DNA of 51,330 nucleotides, filler included, from Bipalium vagum (Eukaryota): NCBI GenBank assembly GCA_037834085.1. It is 3 parts of 3 records of this genome, joined end to end, with 100 filler letters (N's around TTAATTAATTAA, not from the genome) between each part and the next. Parts side by side here need not be neighbours in the genome. Positions count along the whole stretch, not along the records: positions 1 to 19,669 come from JBBMKC010270429.1; 2 more parts are not named here. One strand, 5' to 3'. Shown piece by piece: positions 1 to 12,560 of this stretch (position 1 is its first letter; each line of letters starts with the position of its first letter). The notes under the pieces were generated by a model. It saw only the letters and a program-made list of their open reading frames with translations, ran no database searches and was not told where the DNA came from. The position numbers and the translations under genes were made by a program.

Positions 1-199
1 TATTCAAAACCACAAAATTCGGAATCCGAGTCTGATTGAAGAAGTTGCAATGCCTGCTCATTATTCATATGGTCTGAATAGAAGAATGCTGAGAAAAACT
101 GGAAAAAAACGAAACATAAATGATAACCAGTATTCAATTTTGAACACAACGTGATACATTGCATAAATACAGCCATTACATTGGTTAAAACTGCTAAGA

Positions 200-278
200 C
201 TCTTATATAAGTCGATCCAATTTTTTTCATCAAATTTTATAGAAAAAAATCTCTACTTATACTCGAGTATCTACGGTA
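200..278. mobile_element. Right end of a pogo/Tigger-type MITE
   Basis: Terminal CTTATACTCGAGTATCTACGG+TA (256-278) with an internal partial copy TATATAAGTCGA (~205); the left end is not recognisable in the window. Confidence 0.45.
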
Positions 279-770
279 CTTATAATAATCTTATAGGGTG
301 TTGTGATCCTTTTTTGCAGATTTTCTGGTTTTTTATTATTTGAAGTTTCTTTTAATATATTTTAATTATTATTTAATGAGACTTCATGTTACATTAAATA
401 TAAGCGTGAAATGATATGCATTGGTTTAATAACAATAAAATATTATAAGAATACACTATATATTTTACTATTACATTTTATAGAGTTTATTTTAACAACT
501 TTCAAGAAATATTTAAAGTCATTTGTGCCTACCGTAAAATTAAGAAGTTTCTTTAGAAGGTTAATTTACTCATCTCTTCAATAATTTAATGAGATCAGCT
601 CTGAATAAAAATTTTAAAAATTTAATTTTTTAAAATACTGAAAATTTATTAGAATTTTTCATTTAAAATTTTAATAATATTAATATATTAACTTATGTTT
701 ATTTGCATCAATATTCAACCTTTAAATAAATAATCAATAATATTTTTCATTTCATAAAAAGGGTATTGCA

Positions 771-3700
771 ATGGCTCATGCTAAAGATTCCGTATATCGC
801 TTACCACCACAGTGTTATCTCCATGTTTTAGATACAAATATTAATATTACAAGATTAGAGGTTGGACCTCAAACATTTGTGAGGAAAGATCATGAAAATG
901 TTGTGGTTAATACGACTTCAATGATAAATATACCTCCTCAACACTATTGTGAAGTTATAAATCCTGTTACGAAAGATGCTGAAGGGAATGTGATATATGA
1001 AAAAAGTGGAGCAGTTAAGCTAAAGTTCGGTGATTCTGAAATAAGATTGCATCAAGATCCATTTCCTTTATATCCTGGAGAATTATTGAAAATCAATGTT
1101 ACACCACTAAAAATAGTTACATCAAATACTGCTCTAAAGTTAAAAGCAGTCATGGATGTTGAAGAAAATGACATTAAACATCTGTCAGGAGATGAATGGC
1201 TTTTTACTGGCCCAGGTTGAAACTTGATAAAGTAAATTAATACATTATGTTATTGGTTTCAGCTGTCTACATACCAGTTAAAGGAGTAGTTGTTGTTGAA
1301 GAAATTCAAGCTTGTGTTATATTAATAAACTATGCTTTGAGACTTAAGGCCACTAAAGAATTTGTGGACAGACGAGGTGTGCATCGAGTAACCGGAGAAG
1401 AATGGTTAATCAAAAAAGTTGGATCTTATATACCAGACGTGTTTGAACAAGTTACTCAATATGTTGCTGGTTATGTATTAACTGAAAAGGTTTTATTTCG
1501 TTTTCGTTTTCGTTTTGTATTTTATATTCCAATTTTAATAACAGAAAGCACTTCACTTGAAAGCTCTGAAAACTTTTACGGATGACTATGGAGTCAAGCG
1601 AAAAAGTGGAGAAGAATGGTTGATTACATTACTTGATACAGAAATCCACATACCAGGTGTTTACGAAGAGATAGTCGGAGAAATTGGAATAACAACATTA
1701 ACCAATCGACAGTATTGTGTGATTCTTGATCCCGTTGATGATAAAGGCAAGCCACAATTAGGAAAAAAGAAACTTGTCAAGGGAGACAAATCGTTTTTCC
1801 TGATGCCAGGTGAAAGCTTGGAATGTGGAATTCAAAATATATTTGTGTTAGGAGAAAATCAAGGCTTGATTTTACGAGCCATAGAAGAGTTTACTGACAA
1901 TGGAGTGGTAATTTTCGGTTTTTTTCTTTCTCAAAAAATACAAAATTTTTTTAATTTGAAGATTCTGTTAAATATAAAAATTAAGAAATAAAATAATCAA
2001 CTGGCATGATAAAAAGAAAATTTTCAGAAACATCGATTTATCTGATTTTATTAAATTTTCAATGAAAGTTTTCAATTATAAATATAATTAATTATTTAAT
2101 TCACTATTGTCAAATTGTTTTAATTTCACAACTATAGTATAATGTAAAAAAAATGTTAAGTTGAATTCAGTATGTATATTGATTGCCGCTGTTTTAATAT
2201 TAAAGAAAAATTATAATTTGTTGGTGAAGTACTTTTTCGATATTTCCTCAATGAATCGATTATTTTTCAAAAGGGTCTCTAATTTATTTTTCTTAATTTT
2301 ATATTTCTGGATGTCTAGTTAAATATAATATTATTTATCAATTTCAAATTACAATCTCAAATTTAATGTTAATCTCTGACTTTAAGTCTCTTTTTTATCT
2401 TGTATTAACCTTAATAAATATAAAAAATTAAATTTTATACGAAAAATTTCAATGATGTTCAAAAATTTGTATTCATTTAATTTTTAAAATCAGAAATATT
2501 TATTTTTGAGTTACTTAAGTTGCTGAAATTCACTTTCTGAATGATATTTACAATCTCCACACATTAAAAATATCATGTAAAAATGAAATAAGTAAATGTA
2601 TTTCTTGTATTTGAAAGTTATTTACTTTCACCATATGAATCGTTAATGTCAACAAATGTATTGATTAGGTTATTTTTTGTATCTGACTTTGTTAGCCGAG
2701 CAACCTTTTCATCTGGTCGATTCGATGAATTTTTTCTTCTGGTAAATAGCATAGCATTTGGTTATGTTTATTGATAATTATAATTGTTTGGTGAAGTGAT
2801 ATTATACATATTTTTCAATGCTTACCATTTTCTTTAATTTATAAGAGAAACATTACAGAAAATATTCTAAAACAACCAAACGAAACTAGCAACATTTTTA
2901 CCAGAATTATTTTATATGAAACTATTGTTGTTATGCACGCGTTTTATCTTATAATTAAGATAAAAATGTTATCGCTGTAAAAAGATTATAAATTTTTCAA
3001 GTTTCATGCGATTTCAATTTTCATTAAAGCATTGACTAAATTTGAAGTATACGTTAAATTTTATTATTAAAATCTATTTTTTCGCCATGTTCTCTAATAT
3101 TCAGCTAAAATATTTAACTATATTTTGATTAATGATAGAATTTTATTTTCTCATTAATATTTCATTTTCTAAATTACCACAATTGCTTCATTTTGTATAA
3201 CTTAGCTTTTTTATAACAATTTCAGAATTTTTATTTGTCTGTTTTCATTGGTCGGTAATTTTTTCGGAAACTGAATCAAATCAAAATGAACATATTTAAG
3301 TTATTAAAATATGATTCTTAATTTTATTAATCCATTATTATTTGAATAATAAATTTTAATTATTTATATTACTGAATTAAACTAAATAATTTTCTAGAAA
3401 ATTTTTTATTGAAAGATTTAAAAATCTAAATGTGCAATTTTTACAACTAATTTTATTCCATAAGAATTCGCATATTTTTAAAAATAACATTAATAATATT
3501 GATATTGAAATGTTACACTTTATTCCATTATAAAAATTCACTGCTTAATGCGAAATCTTTTGGAAATAGCTTTTTTTTTCACAAAGTAGCTGTGGTTTGA
3601 AGGCTGCCAAATCAAATTAACAGCTATTTTTTTCACGCTTGTGATTTTCAATTTTGTGGTAATCCTTATTTACCAACTTGATTGAACTTTAAAAAAATTA

Positions 3701-6700
3701 TTGATTTTTTTCTGTTAATTTTACTAGAAGATCAGAAAATTTTGAGTTATTTGTGTATATTGTTTCGCAAAAGTTGATTTAGAGATTAAAATTATTTTAT
3801 ACAGAAAAGATTACCCGGTGATCGCTGGTTAATTCGGGGACCAACAGAGGTAATACCTCCAATTGAAGTCGAAGTGGTTTGTGAAAGAATGGCAATCGCA
3901 TTGGATAAGAATGAAGGTATTTATGTAAGAGATATTAATACGGGCTTGGTTCGTTCGGTTACTGGGCGCACATACATGCTAACGGAAAACGAAGAATTGT
4001 GGGAGAAAATCCTTCCAGATATTATCGAAGAACTTCTCCTTAGCTGTAAAGATCCTTTAGCTGACAGAAGTAATCGCAATGAGAGACCTCAACACGATAG
4101 AAAGCGAGACAAAACCAAGGTAACCGTATAATTTTTGAAAACTTTAATTCAATATATTACAAACCATAGGTCGTAACGTATCGTGTGCCACATAATGCTG
4201 CGGTTCAAATCTATGATTATAAGGAGAAGTCTGCTCGAATTCATTATGGTCCGGATTTGGTGATGCTTGGACCCGACGAGCACTTTACACAGCTTAGTTT
4301 GAGTGGAGGAAAGCCGAAACGACCAAATCAAATAAAGTCGCTATGCTTATTGCTTGGCCCTGATTTTTGCACTGATATCATTATCGTTGAAACGTCAGAT
4401 CATGCCAGATTATCTCTCCAAGTGTCTTATAATTGGCATTTTAAAGTAAAACTGATGTTATATTTAATGGGTCATTCATTGATAATTTTCAAAGATGTCA
4501 CTAGCATAAATGAAAAGGTTGATGCGTCATTAGTATTCTAGTTTATAACTTTATTTTTTATTTTGTCTGTATTAATTTATGACGTCATGTTAAGAATAAG
4601 TAATAATAATAATTTCAAATTTTGCACATCAACTTTTATATTTTATAGGAATTTAGACATTCATGTTTACCACTTATCACAAATAACTGAAAGTTCAGAG
4701 TTACTTGTTCATAAAATTAAAATAATAATAATACTTAAATTTATGAAACAAAACTATAATAATTATTATTTACTTGAATAGTTTTTTGTTAAAATATTAG
4801 GTGTCTGAATTAATTCGCTCCGTTTTTACATATTAAAAGAAAAATTTTGAATGATACGAAAAAGACTTTATTCGAAAAAAATAAGCACGTGCAGACTAAT
4901 CAAAATATTTGCCATCGTTTGCTATTATTTTTTCCCATCTGTCGGGCAATTGTTGTATACCTTTACGAAAACACAATTCTTTTTTTAAAACGATTCATTC
5001 ATACCCATTTTTCTATTTTACAAGAAGTTCTGAAGTACTGACTGGAAAGCGTGTGTGCCATCGATCGAAACAAGTGAAAATCACTCAGGGCAATATCCGG
5101 TGAATAAGGTGGGTGAAGTAAAACGTCCCACTTAAGAGTTTCCAAGGTGGCCTTAACAACTTTCGCAATATGTGGTCGAGTGTTATCGTTCTGTAAAATA
5201 ACTTTGTTATATCTGTTTGCATACTCTGGCCGCTTACTTTTCAATTGCTCGTTTAATACTATCATTTGTTGTTTATAAAGTTTGCCTGTGATGGTTTCGT
5301 GATCTTTTAACAACTGGTGATATACTATACCCTTTTAGTCCCACCATATACAAAGTAATACTTTTTTGTCGTGAATTTTCCGTTTTGGTATCGAGGGGGC
5401 CACAAATGAATTTCCGTCGTTTAGGATTATAGTAGTATATCCACTTTTCGTCTCCAGTCAAGATACGGTGCAAAAACCCTTTCCTTTTTTGCTTTTCTAC
5501 CAAAATGTCACATCGTTTTCCGCCTCTCAATATCTCTTTCTTTCAGTTCGTACGGCAACCATCTTCCTTCTTTATAAATCTTTCCCATTGCTACCAAACG
5601 AACGGAAATTGTGCTTCAGCAAGCTCATTTTGTGATTGACACGGATCTTCATCAATTAGCACCTGCAATTCGTCATCCTCGAACTTTTTTGGCTGACCTG
5701 AACGAGGTTTGTCATTGATATTGAAGTCACCTATTTTAAAACGTCTAAACCATTCCCGGTATGATTTATCAGTGAGAAAATTGTCACCATAAGCTTGCAT
5801 AAGCATTTGATAAGCTTAGCTGTCGTCTTTTTCAAATGGAATCAGAAAATTATGACTTCCCGGAAATGTTTGTTCGGTTCAAATGATGAGATCTTTGATT
5901 CAACTAAACCGGATTTTATTTTTATAATTTCAATAATTTATTGATGAAATATTACTTTAAATACATCCTAAGTGAAAACTAAATAAATTTGAAGTTAATA
6001 TAGTCTGTAAAAATAAACAATAATTAGTATTAAAACAAACGGACCGAATTAATTCACACACCTAATATATCATGAAAAATTGAAGTATTATTTATAATTA
6101 TCCTAATTCTGATTGATTGTTAATTTAAAATTTTTAAAAATTATACTTATTAAATTTAAATGAATATTTTAAAAATTTATATTAAATATTAATGATTTAT
6201 TGAAATTTTGATCTTTATGATAAATATTTAATATAGGATTAATTTTAATATTTTTTTAAGATATTGAAATATTATTGATAAATATTTGAAATAAAGATAA
6301 TATTGCTATTATTTATATTATTAAATAGATTTTAATAAAAATACTTAATTTTTAAAAAAAATTTTTAGAAAAATTTTAAATCTATGAAATATTAAGAATT
6401 TTTCTCTTAGAAAATCAAGAAATACTTTTAAGATTAGATAGATATTTTTATTCATATTTAAATATTTGAAAATTTTAATGATTTTATTAAATTGAAAATC
6501 TTAAATCGATTTTTTATTTAAATTTTTTATTGAATATTTTGTGAAAATATGAAATTTAAACTTTCTGAAAATATTATCAAGTTGTATTTGAATAGTTGGA
6601 TGAAGAAAGATCACAAGCGAATGGAACAAAATTATTTTCAGTACCTGATTTTGTAGGTGATGCTTGCAAAGCACTTGCATCACGAATTCGAGGTACAGTT

Positions 6701-9164
6701 GCAGCTGTTCGATTTGATGATTTCCATAAAGTTTATTTTTGATAGTCATCTATCGAAAGAATTATTTATTATTTGGCCTGTAGAATTCGGCCAGGATTAT
6801 CCGTTCCTCTGTGTTTGGAATTGATGCTAATAACAAAGTCCGAGATGAATTTGTATTCACTCAAAACAATTTGTGCATCACCAGTATTGATATTCAGTCG
6901 GTTGAGCCCGTTGATCAAAGAACTCGCGAGTCTCTTCAGAAATCTGTGCAGTTAGCAATTGAAATTACGACAAAATCTCAAGAAGCTAGTGCTAGGTAAT
7001 TTAGTTTAATACGGTTTATTAAAATAAAGGATAAATAATAATAAAAATATTAAAAATAAAATTTTGTCCCATAAAAATGTTGGTTTTTGCTATTATGACT
7101 TAAATGAAACATTTTTGCGTATAAAGAAATGTTTTCATACAAATTTGTTTTAATAATCTATTTTTTATGTCACATATGACCGTAAATTATGAGATTTTGA
7201 TAATTTGACGAGATTTTTGAAAAAAATTATCCTATTAATAATATTAACAATAATAATTATAATAAATGAATATTTAAAGATTTTTTTCTCAATTCTTCAT
7301 GTTGTCTCAAAACCTGGTACGAATTTTTAAGTTTAAGAATTTATTTGATTTGTAACATTTTATAGTGATGAAATGGACGTAAATGTTATAATTATTCAAA
7401 TTACTAAAGTAAAATGGTCCAAACTAAATAAAACAAAAACAACACTGGTAAAATACAGAGTAAAATTTTCTTTTCTCTCAGGCCACTAATATTTAATCTA
7501 ACAAAAGTAGTCGAATATAGAGAAAATTAATCCAATAATAAACGTTTATTTTTTTTATTGATTATAAGTTGGAATTAGAAAATAGTTACGGCTTGTTGTG
7601 TCATTGCTACCACAACTTTTTCTCTGAGTGATGTTAAAGGCATTGTCAATTAGTTTCAATTGTTTTTGTCTCCAAAGTACACAACTTTTTTAATTCTTTT
7701 CAATCAATTTAATTGGAGGTCTGGACTGCATCCATATTAGCCTTACAATAATACTGACAAGAAGTTTATCACAGTGTCAATTTTGTGAAATTTGCTTATA
7801 TTTGAGTGACATTTTTTCTGAAATATATTTTATACATTTTACTAAAATAAATTTTAAATAATGAGAATTTTTTCAAACATCACAAGTTGATGTTGTTAAC
7901 CTTTATCTTTATGTTTTGAAGTGAGTTTCGATTTACTTGAATTATATTATAAGTATAATAACTTATTATGATGTTAATTTTTTAATTGTATTCGGAAATT
8001 TGTGAATTACAAAAATGAATTTTCCAAACTTGTATCCAACAGAACTCTGGTGTTATTCTCAATTAATTTTGAGTTTTAAAGGTGTATTTCTTAATGAAAG
8101 AATTGGGAATGGTTTTAAAATGATAGTAAAAAAATGTTATTTTTAAGGATAATGAAAATATAAAACTTAATAATAACATGACCTAAATGTAATTTACAAG
8201 GAAATCAATAAATTTATAAACTAATAATCAGAAGTTATCAATTAAAAATTGTGAGCTGGTTAATCATATTTTCTTGCCTGATGCAGTATTTAGATCAATG
8301 TCATAGATAAATTAACAGGATTGTAATCGGAGGGTCTATTAGAACTAAAATTTTATTTATTCTATTAAAAACTCAGGTAAATATTTATTTAAATCAATTA
8401 TTTTTCTGATCAATTACACATTACACCAGAGATTTATTAAAATGAATTCCTTTAAAAAAGCCTTAAACCTTTGCGTTTTCTATTTGATCCTCTTATTATT
8501 TTTGTTGATATTAGGTGTCACGTTCATCATAATCATTCAGACATGAAGCAGACCGAGTTGAACAACAAGCTAAAGGTCGATTGGAGAGGCAAATGATCAC
8601 TGATCAGGCTGAGGCAGAGCGAACTAGAGCAGATTTGCTGCAATTGAAAGCCATTTCAGCAGCTGTGGAAAGCACGGGTCAAGCCAAAGCAGAGGCTCAA
8701 TCTCGAGCGGAGTCTTCAAAAATCGAAGGAGAGGCTAATGTTGAACAAGCGAAATTGAGAGCCGAGGCCTCCAAAATTGAAGCTGTATGAATGACGGCTG
8801 GGTTGTTTATTAAGTAGCACAAAATTTTTTTGTTTAGGAAAATGAGTTGGAAAGAGTGATTGCAGCCAGGAACGCAGAAATTGGATATTTAGAAAGGCAA
8901 AATACGGTTTCGGAAAGTCATGCCAAAAATATGGCTGATATCGAAATCTACAAGTTCCAAAAGATGATTGATGCGATTGGACAAAACACTCTTATTGAAA
9001 TTGCAAGAGCAGGTCCAGAAGGTGATGTGCGACTCTTGCAAGCTATGGGCCTTAAATCTACTTTGATAACCGACGGAAATACTCCTATTAGCCTGTTTCA
9101 AACAGCGCAAGGACTGATCAAGAAATCTATTGGATCAGCCGTAAATGCAGATACATTTCCGTAA
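771..9164 (+). CDS. MVP: Major vault protein, complete 9-exon gene, 847 aa
   Basis: GT-AG exons 771-1215, 1263-1489, 1545-1907, 3805-4119, 4170-4445, 6596-6730, 6784-6995, 8541-8784, 8838-9164 join in frame (2544 nt). Contains vault repeats (GDEWLF.GP, GEEWLI), [44 protein letters not shown], the cap helix [15 protein letters not shown] and C-terminal LITDGNTP. Confidence 0.97.
4797..6065 (-). mobile_element. Full-length but inactivated mariner (Mos1/mauritiana-like) in MVP intron 5
   Basis: TIRs TTAGGTGTCTGAATTAATTCGCTCCGTTT / AAACGGACCGAATTAATTCACACACCTAA (2 mismatches), TA on both sides, 1269 bp. Transposase pieces [31 protein letters not shown] and LPDRWEK, with frameshifts, a stop and ATG>ATC. 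Confidence 0.95.
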
Positions 9165-9654
9165 TTATCATTTAACAACTTAAAACACTTATAGCACCAC
9201 TTATTGTTGATTAAAAGCTTTATAGATGATTTTTTAATAAACTTAGGCTGTGGATTTTGATATCCATTTAATAATTTTTAATAAAAGTTGGAATTGTTAT
9301 TTTCTAAATTTATTATTTTTTGCTTATGTAGTGATGGGAAAAAGTATTTGTACTCTTTATTTTTAAACTTAAACAGGTTATAATAAATAGTTGGGCGTGA
9401 TCTTCACCAGCCATTCTCAGTGTACTGCAAGATTAGATTATTTATGTACTCCCGTTTTTATATCCATTAATAATTTTATTTTAGAAAATGGATCAAAAAT
9501 GGTATTGTGAATTTTGTAAAAACTGAAATTCATCATGAAAATACCTTAAAAAACAATGAAATAAATAAAGATGAAAACGATTAAAAAAAACCAATATAAG
9601 AGTACTAAAGAAGTTTAAAATTTTTAAAAAAACAGGTGACTTACAAATAAAAAT

Positions 9655-9965
9655 TTAAATAAATTTGCAACTGAAAAATATTCAGAGGAATTACATTTAC
9701 AATCCTTAAACCTTCTTAATAAAATGTGCACCAATTTACAAGGCTTGGGTCGTATATTGACAAACACTTAGAAAACTGATGAAATAATAAATAAATATAA
9801 TGAGACAGGAGAATTAAAAATTCCCTCAATTCATAAACAAGACTTCATTACAACAAACAGAATTAATCAAGCTGCAATGAAACATGATGTAAAATGTATA
9901 TCTAAAGATTTACAAGGTCCTCATATTGCTGATGTTGAAATAATACATGATATGAACAAGTTTCA
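9655..9965 (+). pseudogene. Decayed parvovirus-type phospholipase A2 (PLA2X-like) gene of Polinton/adintovirus origin
   Basis: Manual translation across frameshifts: KYSEELHL..HQFTRLGSYIDKHL..NRINQAAMKHDV..KDLQGPHIAD, resembling ELHL..FTGPGT..N.LD.AA..HD..RH.AD. Confidence 0.5.
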
Positions 9966-10079
9966 ATTAAATTGCAAATATTTTAAGAATTTCGCCCTAT
10001 TCTGTCAGAAGTTTGGTTATGTATACATTGAAACAGAATAAAAAGAAAATCGGCAGAAAAATAAAATTAAAAGGATTGT

Positions 10080-10290
10080 TACTTGATTCATAAAACGTGA
10101 AATAGCTCGCTTAAATGTCTAACATGAAAATATATATTCAACAAAATTGTTGAGAGTCTTAGATGTCAACGTTTCAAGAATGACAGTACATCGTGACTTG
10201 TTACAATTAGATTATAAATACAAAAAGGCAGCACACCAAAGAGTTCTATCAAAGAAGCATAAGCAGATGAGATTAGATATCATAACCAAT
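10080..10290 (+). mobile_element. Tc1/Tc3-like transposase HTH fragment
   Basis: LDVNVSRMTVHRDLLQLDYKYKK..LSKKHKQMRL with a stop upstream. Confidence 0.5.
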
Positions 10291-10611
10291 TTTTTTGTGT
10301 ATAAGTCTTGAAATGCTAAATGTAATTCCCTATTTTCATTCAATTGTGATCATTTGGAATGATCCAAGTCTTTCGGAGATCGATTTAAATTAGTCCAGTT
10401 AAGCGTGGGCCTAATAATAGAGATCTAGTAGTATTTATAATCTGTACATCTCCACAAATCTTTATTTATTTTAGATTTTAAAGGTTTAGCACAAAATTGA
10501 CATATTTTTATGCATATATATATTTGTTTTTTTAATCTTATGAACATCATAAATTTATTTTTTAAACTAGACGCTTTTCAACAATTTTGAACCAATTTTT
10601 TCCAAACATTT

Positions 10612-11240
10612 ATTATTATGAAATATGTGTTGAACTATTATCAGTTCATCATCAGCCAGTCATATTTAAAACTACACACTTTAATAACCTAAACGACGGT
10701 TTGATTTTTAATTTAAATATTTTGTAAAATTCTAAATGGTGAAAATTATTATTTTTAAAATTAATTAATCTGAGAAAACATTGACTATCCATTGGCTTTT
10801 ATTTTCTTCAGTTTGAATATTGATCTCCGGTTGCCGCTCTTTTATAATTAACGATTCGCATATCTTTCGCTTATCGTTATTATCAAAATGATTCATAAGT
10901 ATTCGAAATTCTTCAGCGTTAACTTTACCTTTTCGCACAACACAATTCAAAGAGTGATCTAAAACTTTACTCGTTCTGCTTAATTGCGAATGTTCACTAA
11001 TAAGTGCTCTGAGGTGACGCTTTGTCTTCCATATTTATAGGCTATTACACCCATGACATTTAAATTCATATACAATATAGCTTGCAATATTGCAGGTGTT
11101 TGCGTTTTAATTTTTAAAAAACTTTTTTTTTTTGTTGTCATTACTTTTAAATCGTTAAGCTCAACAGTTTTTTCTATTATGTTCTTGAATTTTCTAAATC
11201 CTTTTGAAAAGGGTATTTTTAGTACGTTTAAATTGTAATA
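10612..11240 (-). mobile_element. Penelope-like element 3' fragment (GIY-YIG endonuclease plus 3' flank)
   Basis: SYIVYEFKCHGCNSL*I..KTKRHLRALISEH..FRIL..KRKICESLIIKERQPEINIQ; decayed hammerhead core about 110 bp past the stop. Confidence 0.75.
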
Positions 11241-11279
11241 TTATATAAGTCCCACCAGACATCCTATTAATTTATTATT

Positions 11280-11359
11280 TGTCAGTTAATTCAAAACTTG
11301 GATAATTCATTACAAACTTTTGTGTCCCGCTCGTTTTGAATTAACAAGGTTTCACTGTA
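11280..11359. mobile_element. Tigger/pogo-type MITE terminus
   Basis: GTCCC...TTTGAATTAACAAGGTTTCACTG+TA end; partner end not found. Confidence 0.4.
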
Positions 11360-11930
11360 CTATTTATTTTATATTTGTGATTGTTGCGGTGGTTAAATTT
11401 TTAAATTCTGTATTTTTAAAAATTCTATAATATCATCTTAGTTAATTTATTAAAATATTTATAAAATTAAATATATATTTGAAAAAATTTACTATTATTT
11501 AAATCTAATCTAATTGTAAAAACAATCTGTTAACAATACTCTTTTATGGAAACCAATAAAAGTCAATTGGGCAGAAGTTGATTATGGATTTTAAGTTGAA
11601 ATTACTTAAGAAAAAAATATTTCTGATCAAATATACGTAAATGAGTTAAAGAAATGCATTCATTAAATGAAAAAGTTTTGTTTGAGACTGTTCAGCTAAA
11701 GCACTGGGATATTAAAAGTGCCTTTTTAAAATCAAAAGCTTCCAAACCTAATTTCATTCGATATTCATTATCTATATCAAATGTAAAATATAATAGCCAC
11801 TTGTCATTTCACAATTAATTAACAAAAACTCTATTTATCTGATCAAAATTAAAAACGGTTGCGATAATTATATCTTCATTAATTTTATTATTTAAGCCGG
11901 GAATATCAAGTTAACATTCATTGATATATA

Positions 11931-12560
11931 ATGAAGGTAAGTGGTTTTTTTACTATTTCATTAAAAGAATGAGATTTGATTTATTTGTAAAACACATTTA
12001 AGTTATAATTCGATTTCATTAATTGTTTATCTGCCAAATATATTTTATTCATTGAATACTTCCAGAATCTAATTAAACAAGTATTTTGTTTATAGAGAGT
12101 TAATATAATTTGTTTTAATCCTTCACTTTTCATAATTAACTTCAAATTTTTAATATTAGGTAATTTTGAAATTTATTATTATGAAATCTCTAGATTTCTT
12201 TAAAAGACTTTAAAATTCAGTCTTTTTAATTTTAAAAAATTTATTTCTATTTGATATGTAAAACACCATTATAAATAATGTTTTGAATTATTAAAAAAAT
12301 AATATCAATAATTAATTATTCAGGGTAAAATAATTCTTCTTTTCTTCACATTTGTCATTCTATCAATTGATACTGGATACGCTCAATCATTTGTTGGTTG
12401 TACGGCAAAATGTTGGGATAATGCTATAAAATGTGATAAGCTATGTTCTACCCAAGATAATCAGAGTAGTTCTGCTGTTTTACAGTGCAGTGAAGATTGC
12501 AAAATTCACCTAAATGATTGCTTTCAAAAGGATTGTGGAAGCAAAGCTCCGGCATTTTAG
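11931..12560 (+). CDS. Small secreted 8-cysteine peptide precursor, 80 aa, 2 exons (absent from the ORF track)
   Basis: ATGAAG|gtaagt (11931-11936), intron ending ttattcag (12323), exon 12324-12560: MKGKIILLFFTFVILSIDTGYA-QSFVGCTAKCWDNAIKCDKLCSTQDNQSSSAVLQCSEDCKIHLNDCFQKDCGSKAPAF*; ATTAAA at 12579. Confidence 0.85.

Noticed and set aside
740-770. AG acceptor-like site 9 nt before the MVP ATG (trans-splicing?)
   Set aside because: Indistinguishable from a UTR intron or chance without 5' reads
9393-9458. GGGCGT...ACTCCCG+TTTTT just downstream of MVP, as a possible vault RNA
   Set aside because: Only ~65 nt, weak terminal stem, no Pol III box A or box B
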